The position numbers and the translations under genes were made by a program. A stretch of DNA of 55,708 nt, the filler included, from Trypethelium eluteriae (Eukaryota), in NCBI GenBank assembly GCA_051942245.1. It is 2 parts of 2 records of this genome, joined end to end, with 100 filler letters (N's around TTAATTAATTAA, not from the genome) between each part and the next. Parts side by side here need not be neighbours in the genome. Positions count along the whole stretch, not along the records: positions 1 to 27,809 come from JAVECL010000322.1; 1 more part is not named here. One strand, given 5' to 3'. The notes under the pieces are model-generated. The model worked only from the letters and a program-made list of their open reading frames with translations. It did no database searches and had not been told where the DNA came from. The first letter of the stretch is position 1. Each line of letters begins with the position of its first letter. Positions 13,411 to 27,281 of the stretch are shown in pieces.

Positions 13411-14805
13411 CTTGATCCTGTCAAGACCGTGGGACGTTTATTGGCACTATACGCGCTCTTCCTTAAGAACTAAACGGCTCAGAAGATCAATTGAGTGAAG
13501 AGCGAATCTGGAAGGGAAATGAAAAGTAAAGAAGGGTAGAAGCAGCAAAGAGCGAACACAGAGATGCAAGCAGGATGCGAACGGAAAAGTGTAAAAGCAA
13601 ATCGCCCAAAAAGGAAATGAACGAACCTGCGGACGAATTCTACACTCTCTCCCGCATTAACTCCGGCGGTGAGTCAATCGGCCGCTTGGTCCGACATTAA
13701 AGTATTAATAATGTCATCCAAGGGTGGGCCTCTGATAAAGAGTCATTGCCACGTGAGGAAAGAGGTACGTCATGAACAAATGAAAAGACGTGACGGCATG
13801 CGGGAGTGAAGAGAGGCACAGTAGGGGGGGAGGCTAATCACTGGAAGCAACCGAAGGCCCTTTCCTTACGGGCGCCCGCATCCTTGCCGTCTGACCGATC
13901 ACTGCCAGTGATGGCAGTAGTGCGGCCTGGCACTGCTGATGATTCTTGCCAGCCGCCTCGTATATAGCGATTTACTGCCGGGGCGGGCTGCTTGGCGCCT
14001 TAGAATAGCAGATGGTGACGGTGGTAAGACGGTTGCGATGGATTATTTTGTTGAGGACGGGAAGTTTCGAACGGGTGTGTATGGGTGTGTGGATACCTGT
14101 GGATATCGAATGCTCGGCCTGCGCTTCCTCTCCTAGTTCCAAGCAGCCGTTGATGATCACTCTCGGCAGAGGCGCTGCGAGGAAAGTTACGAAAATCTGA
14201 TAAGATCGAAAGTTTTCCATATATGTACTCGGCCCATGCAGACGCGCTTGCCTGTATTTCAACAGTGTTGGCACAAGTAAGACATTGTGGACAAGAGGTC
14301 GAAGCAAACCCAGACTGAGGCTAAAGTCATTGAGAATCACCTGATCCAACTGATGCAAGGCAATGGGCAGGATCCCATTCTTAAGTCTTCCAGAAATCCA
14401 ATTTTGTGCCGTGTGCTCTAACAACATCTGACTATGCGTGTGCGCTCCTACTAATGATTAGAATACATACGGAGTAACGAGTATTAGATAAGAATACAAA
14501 TCTGCTTTTTAATCCAAATCGACGACAACAACTTTTTCGATACCTCTCGAATTCGCACTTTCCCTCTGTACTATTTTCCTCTTACACATTACCTAATAAA
14601 GAGTCGCACAGAATTCCAAACATTACCTCACCGGATATGCGCACAATCCACGCAGTTCCATTAAGGTTGCCGCACAATACACGCAGTCGACAGGGTTGCC
14701 GCACAAGTCGCGCGTTCAACACCATATATGACCTGTCGTGCCTACTAGATTGAAAATGCATCTCGATATCTCTTGACACTCGCTCCTCTAATAACGACCC
14801 TCCTC

Positions 14806-15678
14806 ATGGATATGACTGACGATTACCATCCTCCACTTGCCTTGACCATCCTCGCAGGCATCTTTCTTGCGCTTGGCGCAATATGCATGCTCATCATAAC
14901 AGTCGACATCATCTGGCGCAGAGGATGGCGGAGTATGATGTGGATCATGATTCCCGTGTATATCATCAATGCCGGATACGTCGGTCCTCTCACCCTCTAC
15001 CTCTACTTCAAATATGGTCGCCCCTCGAAACCGGACCCGTCCAAGCCTGCGCAGACATCCAGCCATTGCCACGCACCAGAAAAGCCAGTGGATATTGAAA
15101 ATGAAGGCGGCGACGTCCCCGACCCTTCACTTCATGACCATCACCACGAAGGCTATCATGAAGGTCACCGCGAGCCGCATCAAGAAGACCAGCATGCGGC
15201 GCACCACCACCATCACCACACCGCCTCCCGTCCTCTCCTCGCGACCGTCCTCATCGGCGTCTCTCACTGCGGTGCTGGCTGCGTCCTCGGCGACCTCGTA
15301 GGCGAATGGCTCGTGTACGGCACCAACGCGACCATAAACGGCCAGGGCATCTGGGCCGAGCTGCTCATTGACTACGGCTTCGCACTGCTCTTCGGCATCC
15401 TCTTCCAATACTTCAGCATCGCACCCATGAGCGGGCAGTACGGCCCCGTGAGCGTGTGGCGTGCGGCAAAAGCCGACGTGCTGAGCCTGACGAGCTTCGA
15501 GATCGGCGCCTTTGGCTGGATGGTCGCGTATCAGGTTGGGATTTGGGGGTATCGGCTGGAGATGACGACATGGACATACTGGTGGATGATGCAGGTGGGG
15601 ATGGCGCTGGGGGTGGTGACGGCGACGCCGGTGAATTTTTGGTTGATTGGGAAGGGGATTAAAGAGCCGTGTGCGTGA
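14806..15678 (+). CDS. Integral membrane protein, DUF4396-like, with His-rich loop
   Basis: Several TM helices, SHCGAGCVLGDLVGEW, and C-terminal WWMMQVGM..G..TATPVNFWLI..GIKEPC, as seen in DUF4396 proteins. Confidence 0.75.
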   Translation: MDMTDDYHPPLALTILAGIFLALGAICMLIITVDIIWRRGWRSMMWIMIPVYIINAGYVGPLTLYLYFKYGRPSKPDPSKPAQTSSHCHAPEKPVDIENEGGDVPDPSLHDHHHEGYHEGHREPHQEDQHAAHHHHHHTASRPLLATVLIGVSHCGAGCVLGDLVGEWLVYGTNATINGQGIWAELLIDYGFALLFGILFQYFSIAPMSGQYGPVSVWRAAKADVLSLTSFEIGAFGWMVAYQVGIWGYRLEMTTWTYWWMMQVGMALGVVTATPVNFWLIGKGIKEPCA

Positions 15679-16572
15679 AAAGAAGAGCAATGAGAGTGGG
15701 AAGGAAAGGAAGAATGCGAGGAAATGAAGGCGTATGGTTCATAGGTATGGATGGCAATGCGACGATTGTAATATTATGATTTTACTCGGTACCTCTGAAC
15801 GGTACTGCACGAGCTCATATTAGTGGAGCTCCTGTGCTCGGATGCTGTATCATAAGAATGATTGATTTGATAGTTCACAAGGCCTTAGAATAGGGATTGC
15901 ATTGGTGGAGAATTGCTATGTGTTAGATCAAAGAACCCCATGGATGACTTAGGGTGTCCCGAAACACGATACTGTCATATTCCCCGGGGATAGAATGAAA
16001 TCTGCAGAGTACTTTTAACAGCAGCATCTCACACACTATCCAGTCACCAATAAGAAGTCAGCAGTTGAATAGACATTGGTTGTTTTATCCCTAATGTACC
16101 ACAGAATGAATAGCAAGGGCTCCAATCATCCCGAGATTCGAGTGTCGCAATAATCTATATACATTAATAGTACAAAGCTATTAGTCGCTGGGTAATAACC
16201 CACTATACTGGTGGTTTGTGTTATCCAGGCCCAGTGCAATAGCGCAAGTCACAGCTAACTTCTTCTCCCAGCCAAGAGCTTGACAGGAATAGATGAATAG
16301 GTTAAGGGTGAACGCAATAGCCAAAAGTCGATTTGTTGCCGACACCGCAGACAAGTGACCAGATGAAGCAGAAATAAAGCCAATCAAATGAAGGTGGCGC
16401 TAAAGTGACGCTAAAGCGACTGGGTGGATGTAGATGGACAAGTCGTTACTGAGAACGTTGCGTCATCAAGAAGATGGGGTGGACTGAGGAAGAAGCAGTA
16501 GATCGCGTTCAAAGAGTAGGGTGAATCTGGTAATGGGACAGAGTGTCGCTCAGGCTCAGATTGACTCCCACC

Positions 16573-17115
16573 CTATGACCATTTCGCCTCCATTTCCTTT
16601 TCCTTCAGCCCACCAATACGTTCGAGGTCCAGTGATTGGAAGCGATCATCTCGTTGATATGGTGGTGGTACCTCATACACTGGCTCCATTCCATGGGCAC
16701 CATTCTCGCCAACCCGAACAACCACTACCTTTCCAGACTGCCTCTTCCCTGTATGATCAACCTCCTCAGGGAATGTGATACGGATTTCCGGAACAGGACT
16801 AGATGGTGGGCTTGACGAATTCGCCATGAGCTCTTGCTTCTCCTGGTAAACAACAATGGATTCAGGGCGCCTGTTTGAGGAAATGATGGCCGATCGACGG
16901 TGGTGCGATCCTCTCCTTGAGGATTTCTCCTCGTACACTGGTAACTCGGGTTCTTCTAATGATTCGCGGCGCTTCCTAAGCAAATAGAGAGCACCTAGAA
17001 GAAGGAGGCCAATAAGCGCAATAATCAAGAGCGTAATCAGGAGATAATTCATGGTGTGATCTGATGAACTGGAACTGTCCTCGTCGCGGACGAGCAGTCG
17101 TGCGATTGAAGGCAT
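16573..17115 (-). CDS. Hypothetical single-pass membrane protein
   Basis: 180-aa ORF with one strong TM helix followed by KRR. The cytosolic tail has VPEIRITFPEE and PPPY motifs. Confidence 0.75.
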   Translation of the reverse strand: MPSIARLLVRDEDSSSSSDHTMNYLLITLLIIALIGLLLLGALYLLRKRRESLEEPELPVYEEKSSRRGSHHRRSAIISSNRRPESIVVYQEKQELMANSSSPPSSPVPEIRITFPEEVDHTGKRQSGKVVVVRVGENGAHGMEPVYEVPPPYQRDDRFQSLDLERIGGLKEKEMEAKWS

Positions 17116-20100
17116 ATTGAGTGAGCGTGGATGCTGTTGCCGTGAAGGTTACGTTGTGGGATATCGATTGGCTCCGCAGTTGTGTTACACGTAAGACCAG
17201 CTTCCTGAGCCATCAGAACCTCTTGCCAGACAGATTGGATGACTGCTGCATTACTTACCTGGAAGTGGAATTTGTTCTGATAACCAATTCGTCTGGATAC
17301 TGCAGCTCTGCCGTATGATTGGACTTGATAAGGTCTAAGGAATGTTCGGTGCGCCTAAATCTTTTGTGTGCGACGCCGGTACGCAGGTGGGGATGATCTT
17401 TTCACAGTGGAGGAAAGAATGGACGCAAGATTGGTAAAAGAGTGATACCAATTCTTGCTAGATGTGGTGAAAAGAAGGAACGACCCGAAAGCAGGTCTGT
17501 GGTGCGGAGAGAGAGACAGGTAGGTAAGGAGAGAGGGCGAAGGATAAGCAGGAGGTGAGGAGGCGGGCGGACGAAGGTGGTTTACCGTCACCCGTCAAGC
17601 GTCAACAAGCTCAAGGGAAAGGAAGCGCGCTAGCTTCCGAGCAATCTCAAGGCCAATTTCGGTTGTCGCCAAGCCTCACTTTCAACCACTCATCGCTCGC
17701 AAACACCAAGCCCTGCACCACAACGGCCAACGCCAAAGGCCGCCATGCTTCCCTATCACCACTTCCGTGGCGGCTATTTTCTTCCATTCTGCCAACGGTG
17801 TCGTGCGATCAGGGCATTAGGCCGATTGACTTGCGCACGAGGCGCTCTATGAGCGGCTATGCCATTCATAACTTCGCCCAGGGGTCTTTTCAGCTCGGCG
17901 CTCCACATGGGCGTGAGCACAAAAAGCATCCATGAAGCCAACAAAGCAGATGTAAGAGTACCTACCTACCTAGGTAGGAGGTCTTGGCTCTGGTCCTAAT
18001 CCACCTGTTCATTAGGTGCTATGGATTCCTGTAGATGGCACTCTTCGACATGAATTTCAAGCTCGCAGTCTCGGTTGATATTGAGATGCCCGATCACATA
18101 TGTTGGCGAGGCACACAAGTCTCGAGATCTTGTCAGGTCTCTCAAAAGCCGTGTGAAGCTAAATGATGACTGCTCTAGAGATATCTGCTTGTTCACATTC
18201 CATGTCCTATTCGATTTTACTCCACGATCATTAAATTAAGGTACACACAAGCTATTACTGCCTCCTGTGGCGCATCACTATCGTACAATACGGTGGTCAA
18301 AATATGTGCCACTTCTGGTAGCATCGATGTTCTCTACTTCACCCACAGACGCTTCTGATTCAAACATCAAGAACAATTGTGCGAAAAGTCTGGTCAAGGC
18401 TTTCACATGTTTCTGAGAGTCCCCCATTATTACCTAGATGAACTGAGCTACGCTTATGGTCTATCACAAACGCTGGTCATTTTACTCAAAAAGATCCTAG
18501 GTTCTGTGAAATGCCTCAAGATATCTTACGTTCCTGGTTCTTGTCTCGCCGTGACAAACCATGTATCGCTCAGATCTGAGTCAGTTAAGGGATTCTCAAA
18601 GCATGGGGTTTTAGAGAGTCTATCTATTCTGGTGGCTTAAAAAACTTAATAAAGGTTGTTTTCGGAGTGGCTTAAGGAGTATCTAAAAATCAACTTTATT
18701 AGCCTCAGGATCGCAAATGAATATGATGTGCCATCAAAACATAAGGAGTCTCGGTGGTAAGTACAAACGACAGCACTAGCGGAGGGCTGTCGAATCGCGT
18801 ATGAAATCAATTATCGAAGTGTCGAACCTGATACACTGAATCGTGCGATAGATGGCATTGCAAACGCCTTACGAAGGACACAAAGCCGTTGAGCCCCACC
18901 TGTACAAGTCACACCGGTGCACAGGATAGGTACCAGGTGAAACCCAAACTCTTTTCCAAATGCGGCGACAGTGTCGCAGTCTGCCGTGGTTCTTATGGAA
19001 GCGTGGCTAGGGAGTCATCCAGTGTTGGGAAGTAGAGAGCAGGCAGCTTCCGATGACTGCAGGCAGGCAACGTACAGTCGGTGCCTAGGCAAGTTCGTCA
19101 TATCTTACCCTAACGACGATTCGTAACCCATGGCAAAATGCCGGAGTAGGAAGACGGGGCATCTGAGATGCATCCGCAGCCACGCCCACCCATAAGCATG
19201 GCGATCGGAGCTGGAGGGAGCAGGCTGAGCGCCCAGAAGGGACGTTGCTCAATGGCCGAGACCTGCCTTGAAGCTTACTGGAGTCGGTGACTGGTGGCGC
19301 CCAATCTTTCTTCTGGTCGGAATCATGGACCGATAGCAGCTGTTGTGGCACCCAGGCAGGTCCCCGCCTGGACGATAGCAACCGTAGACGGGATGCCCCG
19401 GAGTGATAGATACGTTGCAGAGTCTGACGAGTGGCACCATGGGTAGAGCATATCGTCTGATGTGGATCGACGAGGCGCGAACCCTGAAAGAAGCGAGGCT
19501 CTCGGTCAGGTAGCGAGCTGGCAGTGGTGACTTAGGGAATTAGGGACTTAGGGACTTGGAGTTTAGATGGGTTAGTTCTCGACGGGCTGGCGGCGGCAGC
19601 TAAAAGCTCGGGACGAACATGTACGCAAGGCTGTTGCGTGGTCCCTTTTGAAACTTAAGAGGCCACTAGGGCTTGACAGAATTCCCCCAGACCAGCAGAC
19701 CACCAAGAACTCCCACTTCCAGCCATAATCCTCCACTACTATCCTCACGTACGACCACCTCGCCAATGGTCCAATCCCTCTCCGATTAGTGTCCCATCAG
19801 CGATCCCTCTGGAATGCGACCCTCACCCCGTCCTCCCTTGCATAGATGACGGATCTCCTTCTCCCAGCATTTCTCTCCTTTACTTGAGCGCACACGCTGG
19901 TCGATGCCTTCTCTGCTCTCCGTACTTTCACCACCTGTACAGTCCGCCTTACCTGCCTCCCCGAGTGATATTTCTCTGGAATCGCCCTCGCCGTACCAGG
20001 GGGGTCTTGCACGCTTATACCTTGTTCTCAGCCTCCAGAACAGCCTTTCTCTTCACCAGAACCCTGCGAGGCCTCGACACTGTTCTGTACATGCAACTAT

Positions 20101-20371
20101 CTGCATTTGACGTCGATCTGGCTCTACTGCTACTTGGAGCCAAGCGCCGTGAGTCTACCAAAGTTTGATGCGGAGCTCGGCTGGCTGCGTTTGCGAGGGT
20201 ACCGGTGGCTGACACATGGGAATATTGAACAGTCAGATATACATATCTTAATATTGCGGCATTACCTCATCCGACAAACACTCTCACCCGCTTGGGCGGC
20301 CTACCCTCTCGCATCTCAAGCCCAGGCAGGCTTCCACATTCCTCGAACACTGATCATCGCGACGACGCATA

Positions 20372-23300
20372 ATGACTTCTGGGCTTATGAGCCGTCAGGG
20401 TATCCCTATGCAAGCAAATGTGAGTAATTGGGACCATGACCATATAGTGCTGCAATCAAAACCGGACCTAACGCGCTTCAAGGCACCGAACCGCTTGGGC
20501 GACCTTGCAAAGCCATCACCTAAGAACACTAGAGACGGCGGTCGAACTTCCCAAAGTACCCTGGGCACTGGTTTTGGAACGATGAAATCAAGCTATGGAG
20601 GCAATATATGGGGAAATGGGACATTTACAAATCCATTCGGCTCAACGACACGGGATAGCTCGCGCACCCGCGGTAAGAGGTTCATCGCTGCTGTATAAGC
20701 TCATCAGCTAACATGGTGCTTCAGAAGGCGGCTCCTTACTCAATACCCGCTCCGAAGAAACAGGGAAGAAAGGATCGAGTGCATTAGTTTCGACATCAGA
20801 ATCAGATGATTGGAGTTCTCCATGGCCGACCAGAGGCACGCATTCGTCCAGTCGTTCAACGTCGCAGGTCAGGGGTGCTGGGGTCTCTCCTGTTCGACAG
20901 AGAAGCAATAATGGAGCTGGAAGCCATCAGCAATATCGGGACCCGTCAGTATTTGGCTCGTCTAATCTTACAGGCGCCGTAGGTCAGATGACAGCCAGGT
21001 CTACGCTTGATGCAAATACTGCCAATTTCAAATCGAATCGTACAGCTGGTAGCTTTTCTGGACCTTTCTCTGGAAATGCACCTCCCTACCTGGACTCTGA
21101 GTCTCGTCGATTTGGCGAACAGTCTCTTTCCTCTTGGGGTGACGTACCTGCACTTCAGTCGCCACCAGACGACCGGGGTAGCATTCACAACTCGGATTAT
21201 TTTCCAGGTAGCGGTCTCGCATCCAGAGACAGCAGCCTACCTCCATCCCGCCACGGTCACGATGCAACGAATCTGTCTGCGTATGGTGAGCTACCACCAC
21301 GCAACCACCAGTCCAAATCCTCGTTTGCAATCCCCCGACACGTGCCTTCGCTGTCGACACAGACTAATGGGGGTGCCTACAATGATCGCCCCATCTCTCA
21401 GGAAAATGATCTCAACGCGCATTTCAGACGAATGAGTCTACAACATCCTGACCAGTCAGTCAACGTTCAGAAGCCAACTCTGAATCTCAATGGCGCCCCA
21501 GCACATTTTTCACAGGGAAGTCAAGATCTTGGCTCACGTCGCCAAAGTACATCGGACTTTTCACAACAAATCCCATCCTATAATGGCAACAGCTTGGACC
21601 ACTCTCGATCATACACTCCAAACCGAACGCCTAATGTGCGAGGCGTTCCATATCGTGACCGCCAAGTACAAAATCCCAGCATGAATGGTGATTATCATCA
21701 TCAATACCCTTATTACTCCGCAGAATCAACACCTCCAAGAGCATTTGGCCCCTCAGCAATGGCCAACGGAGACAATCGAGGAATGGCGAATAGTTCCATG
21801 GCACTTCTTCAAAGCCGACTAAGAAGTCTGGAGCAGGAGCAAAATTTCCCTCCCAATCTCGGTCCAATGATGGCTGCTTCATATCAAATGCCTTACGGCA
21901 ATTCAATTCCTTATGGCACCCCACAGACACTTTCCGGTGTGAACGTAAACGGACAGTTCATGCCAATGCCTCCAATACCAAGTATGGTGCCATTAATGGA
22001 ACCACCAAGAGGGCCTCGCGATCATGATATAGGTCACGGAATGCGCAGTGCTTTGCTTGATGAATTCAAGACCAATCAAAAGACCAAGCGCTATGAGCTG
22101 AAAGTACGCCATGTTGATATCAAATCTCGCGGTCAACGTACTAATTCGAATTAGGATATTTATGACCATATCGTCGAATTCAGTGGAGATCAGCATGGAT
22201 CCAGATTTATCCAGACAAAGCTAGAAACAGCAAACAGTGATGAAAAAGATCGCGTCTTTCGAGAAATCCAATCGAACGCTCTCCAACTGATGTCTGACGT
22301 TTTCGGTAACTACGTTATCCAAAAGTTCTTCGAGCATGGCGACCAAACCCAGAAGAGAACCCTAGCAAACAAGATGAAAGGGCAAGTCTTTGCGCTGTCC
22401 ACCCAGATGTATGCTTGCAGAGTCGTGCAGAAGGTAATCTCAGAAATCATGTCACTTTTAAACACAAGCTAATCAGGTCAAGGCTCTGGAGCATGTCCTT
22501 ACGGACCAACAAGCTTCGATCGTCAGAGAAATTGAAAACCGAGTGATGGATTGCCTCAGGGATCAGAATGGAAACCATGTGATTCAGAAGGCGATTGAAC
22601 GGGTTCCAGCCGAACATATGCAGGTCATCGTCAAGGCCTTTCTCGGAAGGGTTCAAGAACTTTCCACCCATCCATATGGTTGCAGAGTCATTCAGCGAAT
22701 GCTCGAGCATTGCGAACCGCAGGTCAAGCGATCGGTTCTAGAAGAGATTCAAGGCTGTGAAGCAACACTCATCCCCGACCAATACGGTAACTACGTCACT
22801 CAGCATGCCATCGAGCTTGGTTCTGATGAAGACCGGGCGAGAGTATTTGAGTTGATCAAAAGCCAATTACTTGCTTTTTCCCAGCACAAATACGCCAGCA
22901 ACGTTGTCGAGGCAAGTCTCAAGCATGCTACAAATGAACAGCGCCGCGAAATTATGATGACTTTGAGGGAAAAAGATCCACGAGGGGAGAGTTACCTCGT
23001 GTTGATGATCAAAGATGGGTTCGGAAATTATGTTATTCGTACGTATAGTCCCGTCCTCAAGTCTTGGAACCTGTGCTTTACTAAACTTTGTCATAGAACG
23101 TTTGCTCGACACTTTAGAGAAGTCAGATTACATTGCATTCATGGACATACTCCAGCCCGAGATGGTCAAAGCGAAGCGTCTTGCCTCTAGCAAACAAGTG
23201 CAGGCGGTAAGTTGCAAAACATCACTTCTTCAATCGGCACAACGTGAAATCTTCCAATTGAAATGATAAGCGAACTGACTTTCAAGGTTGCCAAGATTGA

Positions 23301-23538
23301 GCACAAGATGCATAGACTCGAATCGAGTCACACATACGGTCTGAACATCCCCACTCCTCCTTCCATCAGTACGAATATCTCTACGGCGACGACACCACCG
23401 CCTCCCCTTACAGGAAGCGGACAAAGCCCTCAGAGCAGCTCATTGCCAAGTGCAACAACGAGTACCGTCGATGATCCTGTACAGGGCACCAATGGCGGGA
23501 AGCCAACTACTATTCAAGAAGTCGGAATCGCGCCTTAG
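20372..23538 (+). CDS. PUF3: Pumilio/PUF-family mRNA-binding protein (Puf3-like); ~7 exons
   Basis: PUM repeats [66 protein letters not shown] and DGFGNYVI follow a long low-complexity N-terminus. Introns include 20420-20482 and 20673-20724, with others near 22104, 22434, 23039 and 23207. Confidence 0.9.
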
Positions 23539-25006
23539 TTTACCAGAATCAAACATACGGTCCCGCGGACGAACGAAACCCCTTGTTTGCCCTTCACATA
23601 CCAGAAATCTACTAGATTTTCCTCATGTCACCGTGATGATACTGTTTCTTCTGATACGGCTCGTCTACGAACTATCGAGGGTCCATCCTGTTCAGCAATT
23701 ACTGGAGTTTTCGGCGCGAAGGCGCAAAGAAAACATGTTTAAAAATCAAAAAAGGGTGGTGGGCGGTCGAGCAATTCCTTGTTTCACTGCACATCGCACG
23801 CACGAAAATAACCGATCAGACCAAGACATAAATGAGTCCCAGTGCCTCCATGCAGTGCTGGGGATTTCCTTGAATACTTGATCATGAGATAGGAATTGAT
23901 CTTCGAGTTGCGCACGAAACATAGCGGGCGGCGCGAAGGAGTAAGATCTCGAAAAATTAGCTTTCTTTCAATGGCTCTACCCTCTCTTTTCCTCCTTCGG
24001 ATTCGCTTCTTTGTCTATATGGTGGCTATGAAAGTGCTGTAATATGGGTTGACATACTTCACAGAAATTCTAGTCTTTCTGTTCTCTATTTGCTGATGAT
24101 GCGGTCTGCCGGGCTCATGGTCTCTTTTGAAGGATACCTAAATAGGGGTTTCTCGGGCCGGCGAGGGCGCAGAAGGCGGAATTCGGAGCCATGGGCGATC
24201 GGAGGGCACACTCGATTCACTGGCTGTTCATGTTTCTGCGGACACCCTTACCTTTACGAACCCATATTGATGTACTTAACCACACTCTGAAAGCATAGTA
24301 GTGGAGTGGGCAAGAGGTGATGAGGCGGGTGAGTGGTAGCCGGCGATGGGCGTCATGTTAATGCAGTACCTAATTTTTCAAAATTTGAAACGACCTTGAC
24401 CATTCTTTGCAATTGAACGATCGCAAATGAGTACGGAGTGGAGTTGCCAGTGACTCAGGTTCAACCATATTTGCTCAGCGCTAGCGAGCGTTATTGTTAA
24501 GAGTAAGGAGCTGACCAGTAGGCTCCAACGACAGTGGCAAAATCCACAACCTACAACGACCCATCGATGTCCTTTTCTTGGGTAAGGGTCTCTCTTCAAG
24601 GGTACTGTATAACTCAAGATGCAGAAAAGACTATGACAGAGAGCGAACTACGCACCTGCGTACAGACCCTATGGTGCTATTGTGCCGTGGACAAGATCGA
24701 CTCAGGGGTCCCTGATTCAGAAGTTTAACCTGGATAAGATCCCAGCAGCATCAGGCCGAGACGTAGCTTTGGGTGCTTGATTCGTAATAGCGTAAATCCC
24801 AATTCGGTCTGGAAGGACGCGGAGTCTCATGATGCAGAGTGTGACGTCACGGCTACGCAGAAGCAATTCAATGAGGTGCAAAACAAGAACGCGACAGCTC
24901 TCTGGAGGGTTTCAATCTACATTAGCCCCTGAGTCTGCAGCTTCTCATCTCGTACTACCCTAGTATTTTGCAAGAAGAGCAATCACTCAGCTGTCCCTTG
25001 TAAATC

Positions 25007-25501
25007 ATGGCCAGCCTAGGCGGACAACAGCACGAAGACAACGTTGCGGAGAAGCAAAAGATACTGAAGAAGGACGAGGAACAATCAGCTCAAGGCACTG
25101 GACAAGGACTTCAAGCCAACGAAAAAGGTGATCATTCCTTCTATCCGTATCCCTCTCATCTTCATTCAGTTATCGCGTCTCGTCTCGTCTTGCCTGATCC
25201 ACCATCTTAATTAATCTAACCGCTTCCAGGCTTCCTTTCTCCCGTTGCAGACCCAGTTGGTAACGTCCTGCAAAAGGGCCTTTCTCCAGTCGGTGCAACG
25301 CTCAATACGGTTGCCAAACCTATCAACTCAGTCGTTGGACGCGGGGTGACGGAGCCGGTGGGCGGCGCTGTGGACGGTCTCATGGATCTAGGGCATAAAG
25401 CTACTGATGGAGCAAGCGAGCCGGGTTCTGGGAAGAAGACGTTTAAGGAGAAGGGATATGGAGGAAAGGAACAGAATGCTGGGAACCCATTAGGGTTGTG
25501 A
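25007..25501 (+). CDS. Small hydrophilic Gly-rich fungal protein; 2 exons
   Basis: Exon 1 MASLGGQQHE...ANEK; an intron with CTAAC..CAG; exon 2 GFLSPVADPVGNVLQKGLSPVG...GGKEQNAGNPLGL ending in TGA. Confidence 0.7.
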
Positions 25502-25693
25502 AGAAGGGAGGACATGCGCACTGAACGGGTTTACAGGATCGGTGTTCTGGGAATCTGACGGATACATATAATGTTGCGGGCTGGATATATACCCGTCGAA
25601 AGAGATCAAAATGACTTTCATGGCATGTTTTCGGGTTCTGTGCCCTCTCCTTCTCTAGTTCCTAGACAATTTCATCGCCTTTCTGCCTTCTGC

Positions 25694-26084
25694 TCATCTC
25701 GTAAAGCCGGCCACCTTCTTCCCTACGTACTGCTGCGGCGCGCTCATAAAGACTTTCTCCTCCTCAAAAGTGGCAAAGAGCGTTTTGAGGTTGGACGACG
25801 CCGAATGCGCTTCCATGGACGCTTGATCCTTATAGGACTCTACCATGATAAAACGCGGCTCTGTCGCATCTACTTCCTCCACCATGTAGAAATTGAGGGT
25901 GTCGGGCTCCTGCGCTTTGACGAAATCAATGAAGGTGGTGGTAAGGGCTTTGACCTGAAGGCAAAAACGTCAGTACCTCCGCAGAGATATGGTAGGAAGG
26001 ATATTTGAGTACACGCTCGACTTTGTCAGGCTTGATAGTGACGACAGCGATGAGCTCGACTTTACTGGTCTCAGTGGAGGACAT
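25694..26084 (-). CDS. Antibiotic biosynthesis monooxygenase (ABM)/dimeric alpha-beta barrel protein; intron 25955-26012
   Basis: Spliced product MSSTETSKVELIAVVTIKPDKVER/VKALTTTFIDFVKAQEPDTLNFY...FIMVESYKDQASMEAHSASS fits the ABM pattern (EP..L.Y, F..VE.Y.D..A...H). Confidence 0.8.
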
Positions 26085-27281
26085 TATTGAAAGAGATCAA
26101 AGAAAGACTCCTAAAAATTTGAGGTTGCGAAGAAGGTGTGGGGAGGGGCGACTTCGAAGTGCAACATAATGTCGCCTTTAACGTGAATCGATTTCATCTT
26201 GGCTCGTGGGCGACGAATAGGGAATTCGGCCTACCTTTGCACCCTGCCGCGTTCATGCGGAGGATTGCTTGAGTAAGATTGGTCAGATGTAAGTCTTTGA
26301 GCCGATCTTACATGTCATCTTGTTCATCAAAAGAAAATTGATAGAAATAGTAAGTACTGACGAATAAGGAGGATGGTTAACAAGAGGATCTCCCATCCCT
26401 CAGTACATTTTAAGGATTGAACATCTCTATTCGCTACACGCACTTGCGTGACGTATCTCCCAAGGTCAGCACTACGAACTACCATGCCTAGTGTACTACC
26501 TCGCTCTTGCTTCTTGTCTTCCTTCTCTCAGCCATTCACCACACTTCTACCCAAACCCAAATTCAGCCATCTTGTATGAGAAAACATTCATTACACATAG
26601 CCGAGCTGGATTGATTTATTGTCTGTCCGGATTGGAGGAAAGAAACTCTGGTATCGTTTGCTTGTTTATACAAGGGTCAGACAAATAGCATACGGTTGTG
26701 CAGCTGTAGCCTAGCTGATGGGAATCCCTAACTATTTTGCACCAGTTTGATTAGCGAGTAGAGCCTGAATATTTGGTTTTGCTAGATGTTTTTGGAGGAT
26801 GCCAGCACGCCAGGGCGAAAACGTCTGTCGGAAACCGACAAATAGCGAGATTCGCATAAATCTATGGCACCGCCTATTGCGTCATCTACAAAGTACGGGC
26901 GTATGGTAAGCCATCGACCCCCGACGATCGGCATCGCTCCAACATCTCCCCACCTCCCAATACACGTAGATTTACTCCGTACTCCATAGGTATCTAAGAA
27001 CCAGGCGCTGTGCCTCGCAGAAACTGTGCTTGTTTCGGACGAAGCGTGCTGAACCACCATTTACATTAACGGCCGGAACCTGCAAACCATGTCCCGTGTT
27101 GTAGGCTTCGTTGGGAGATAAATAGTTAAGTGATATCTCATTTTCAGACTCCAGAATAACAAGTTCAAAACTGCCATAAGCTTTCGAGAGAATTTTCAAG
27201 CCATTTGTCTCAAGTTCCAAATTTACCACTTCATTACGGTACATCACAGTCTATCTTATATAACTTTCCTCAACTACCAAA

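Noticed and set aside
13972..14427. 151-aa minus-strand ORF between the ABC transporter and the DUF4396-like gene
   Set aside because: No recognisable motif or codon bias; cannot be supported.
18645..18702. Imperfect AT-rich inverted repeat (TAATAAAGGTTG...CAACTTTATTA)
   Set aside because: Short, single copy and no clear target-site duplication.
26782..27247. Two overlapping minus-strand ORFs, possibly a gene relic
   Set aside because: No family recognised and no convincing splice model.
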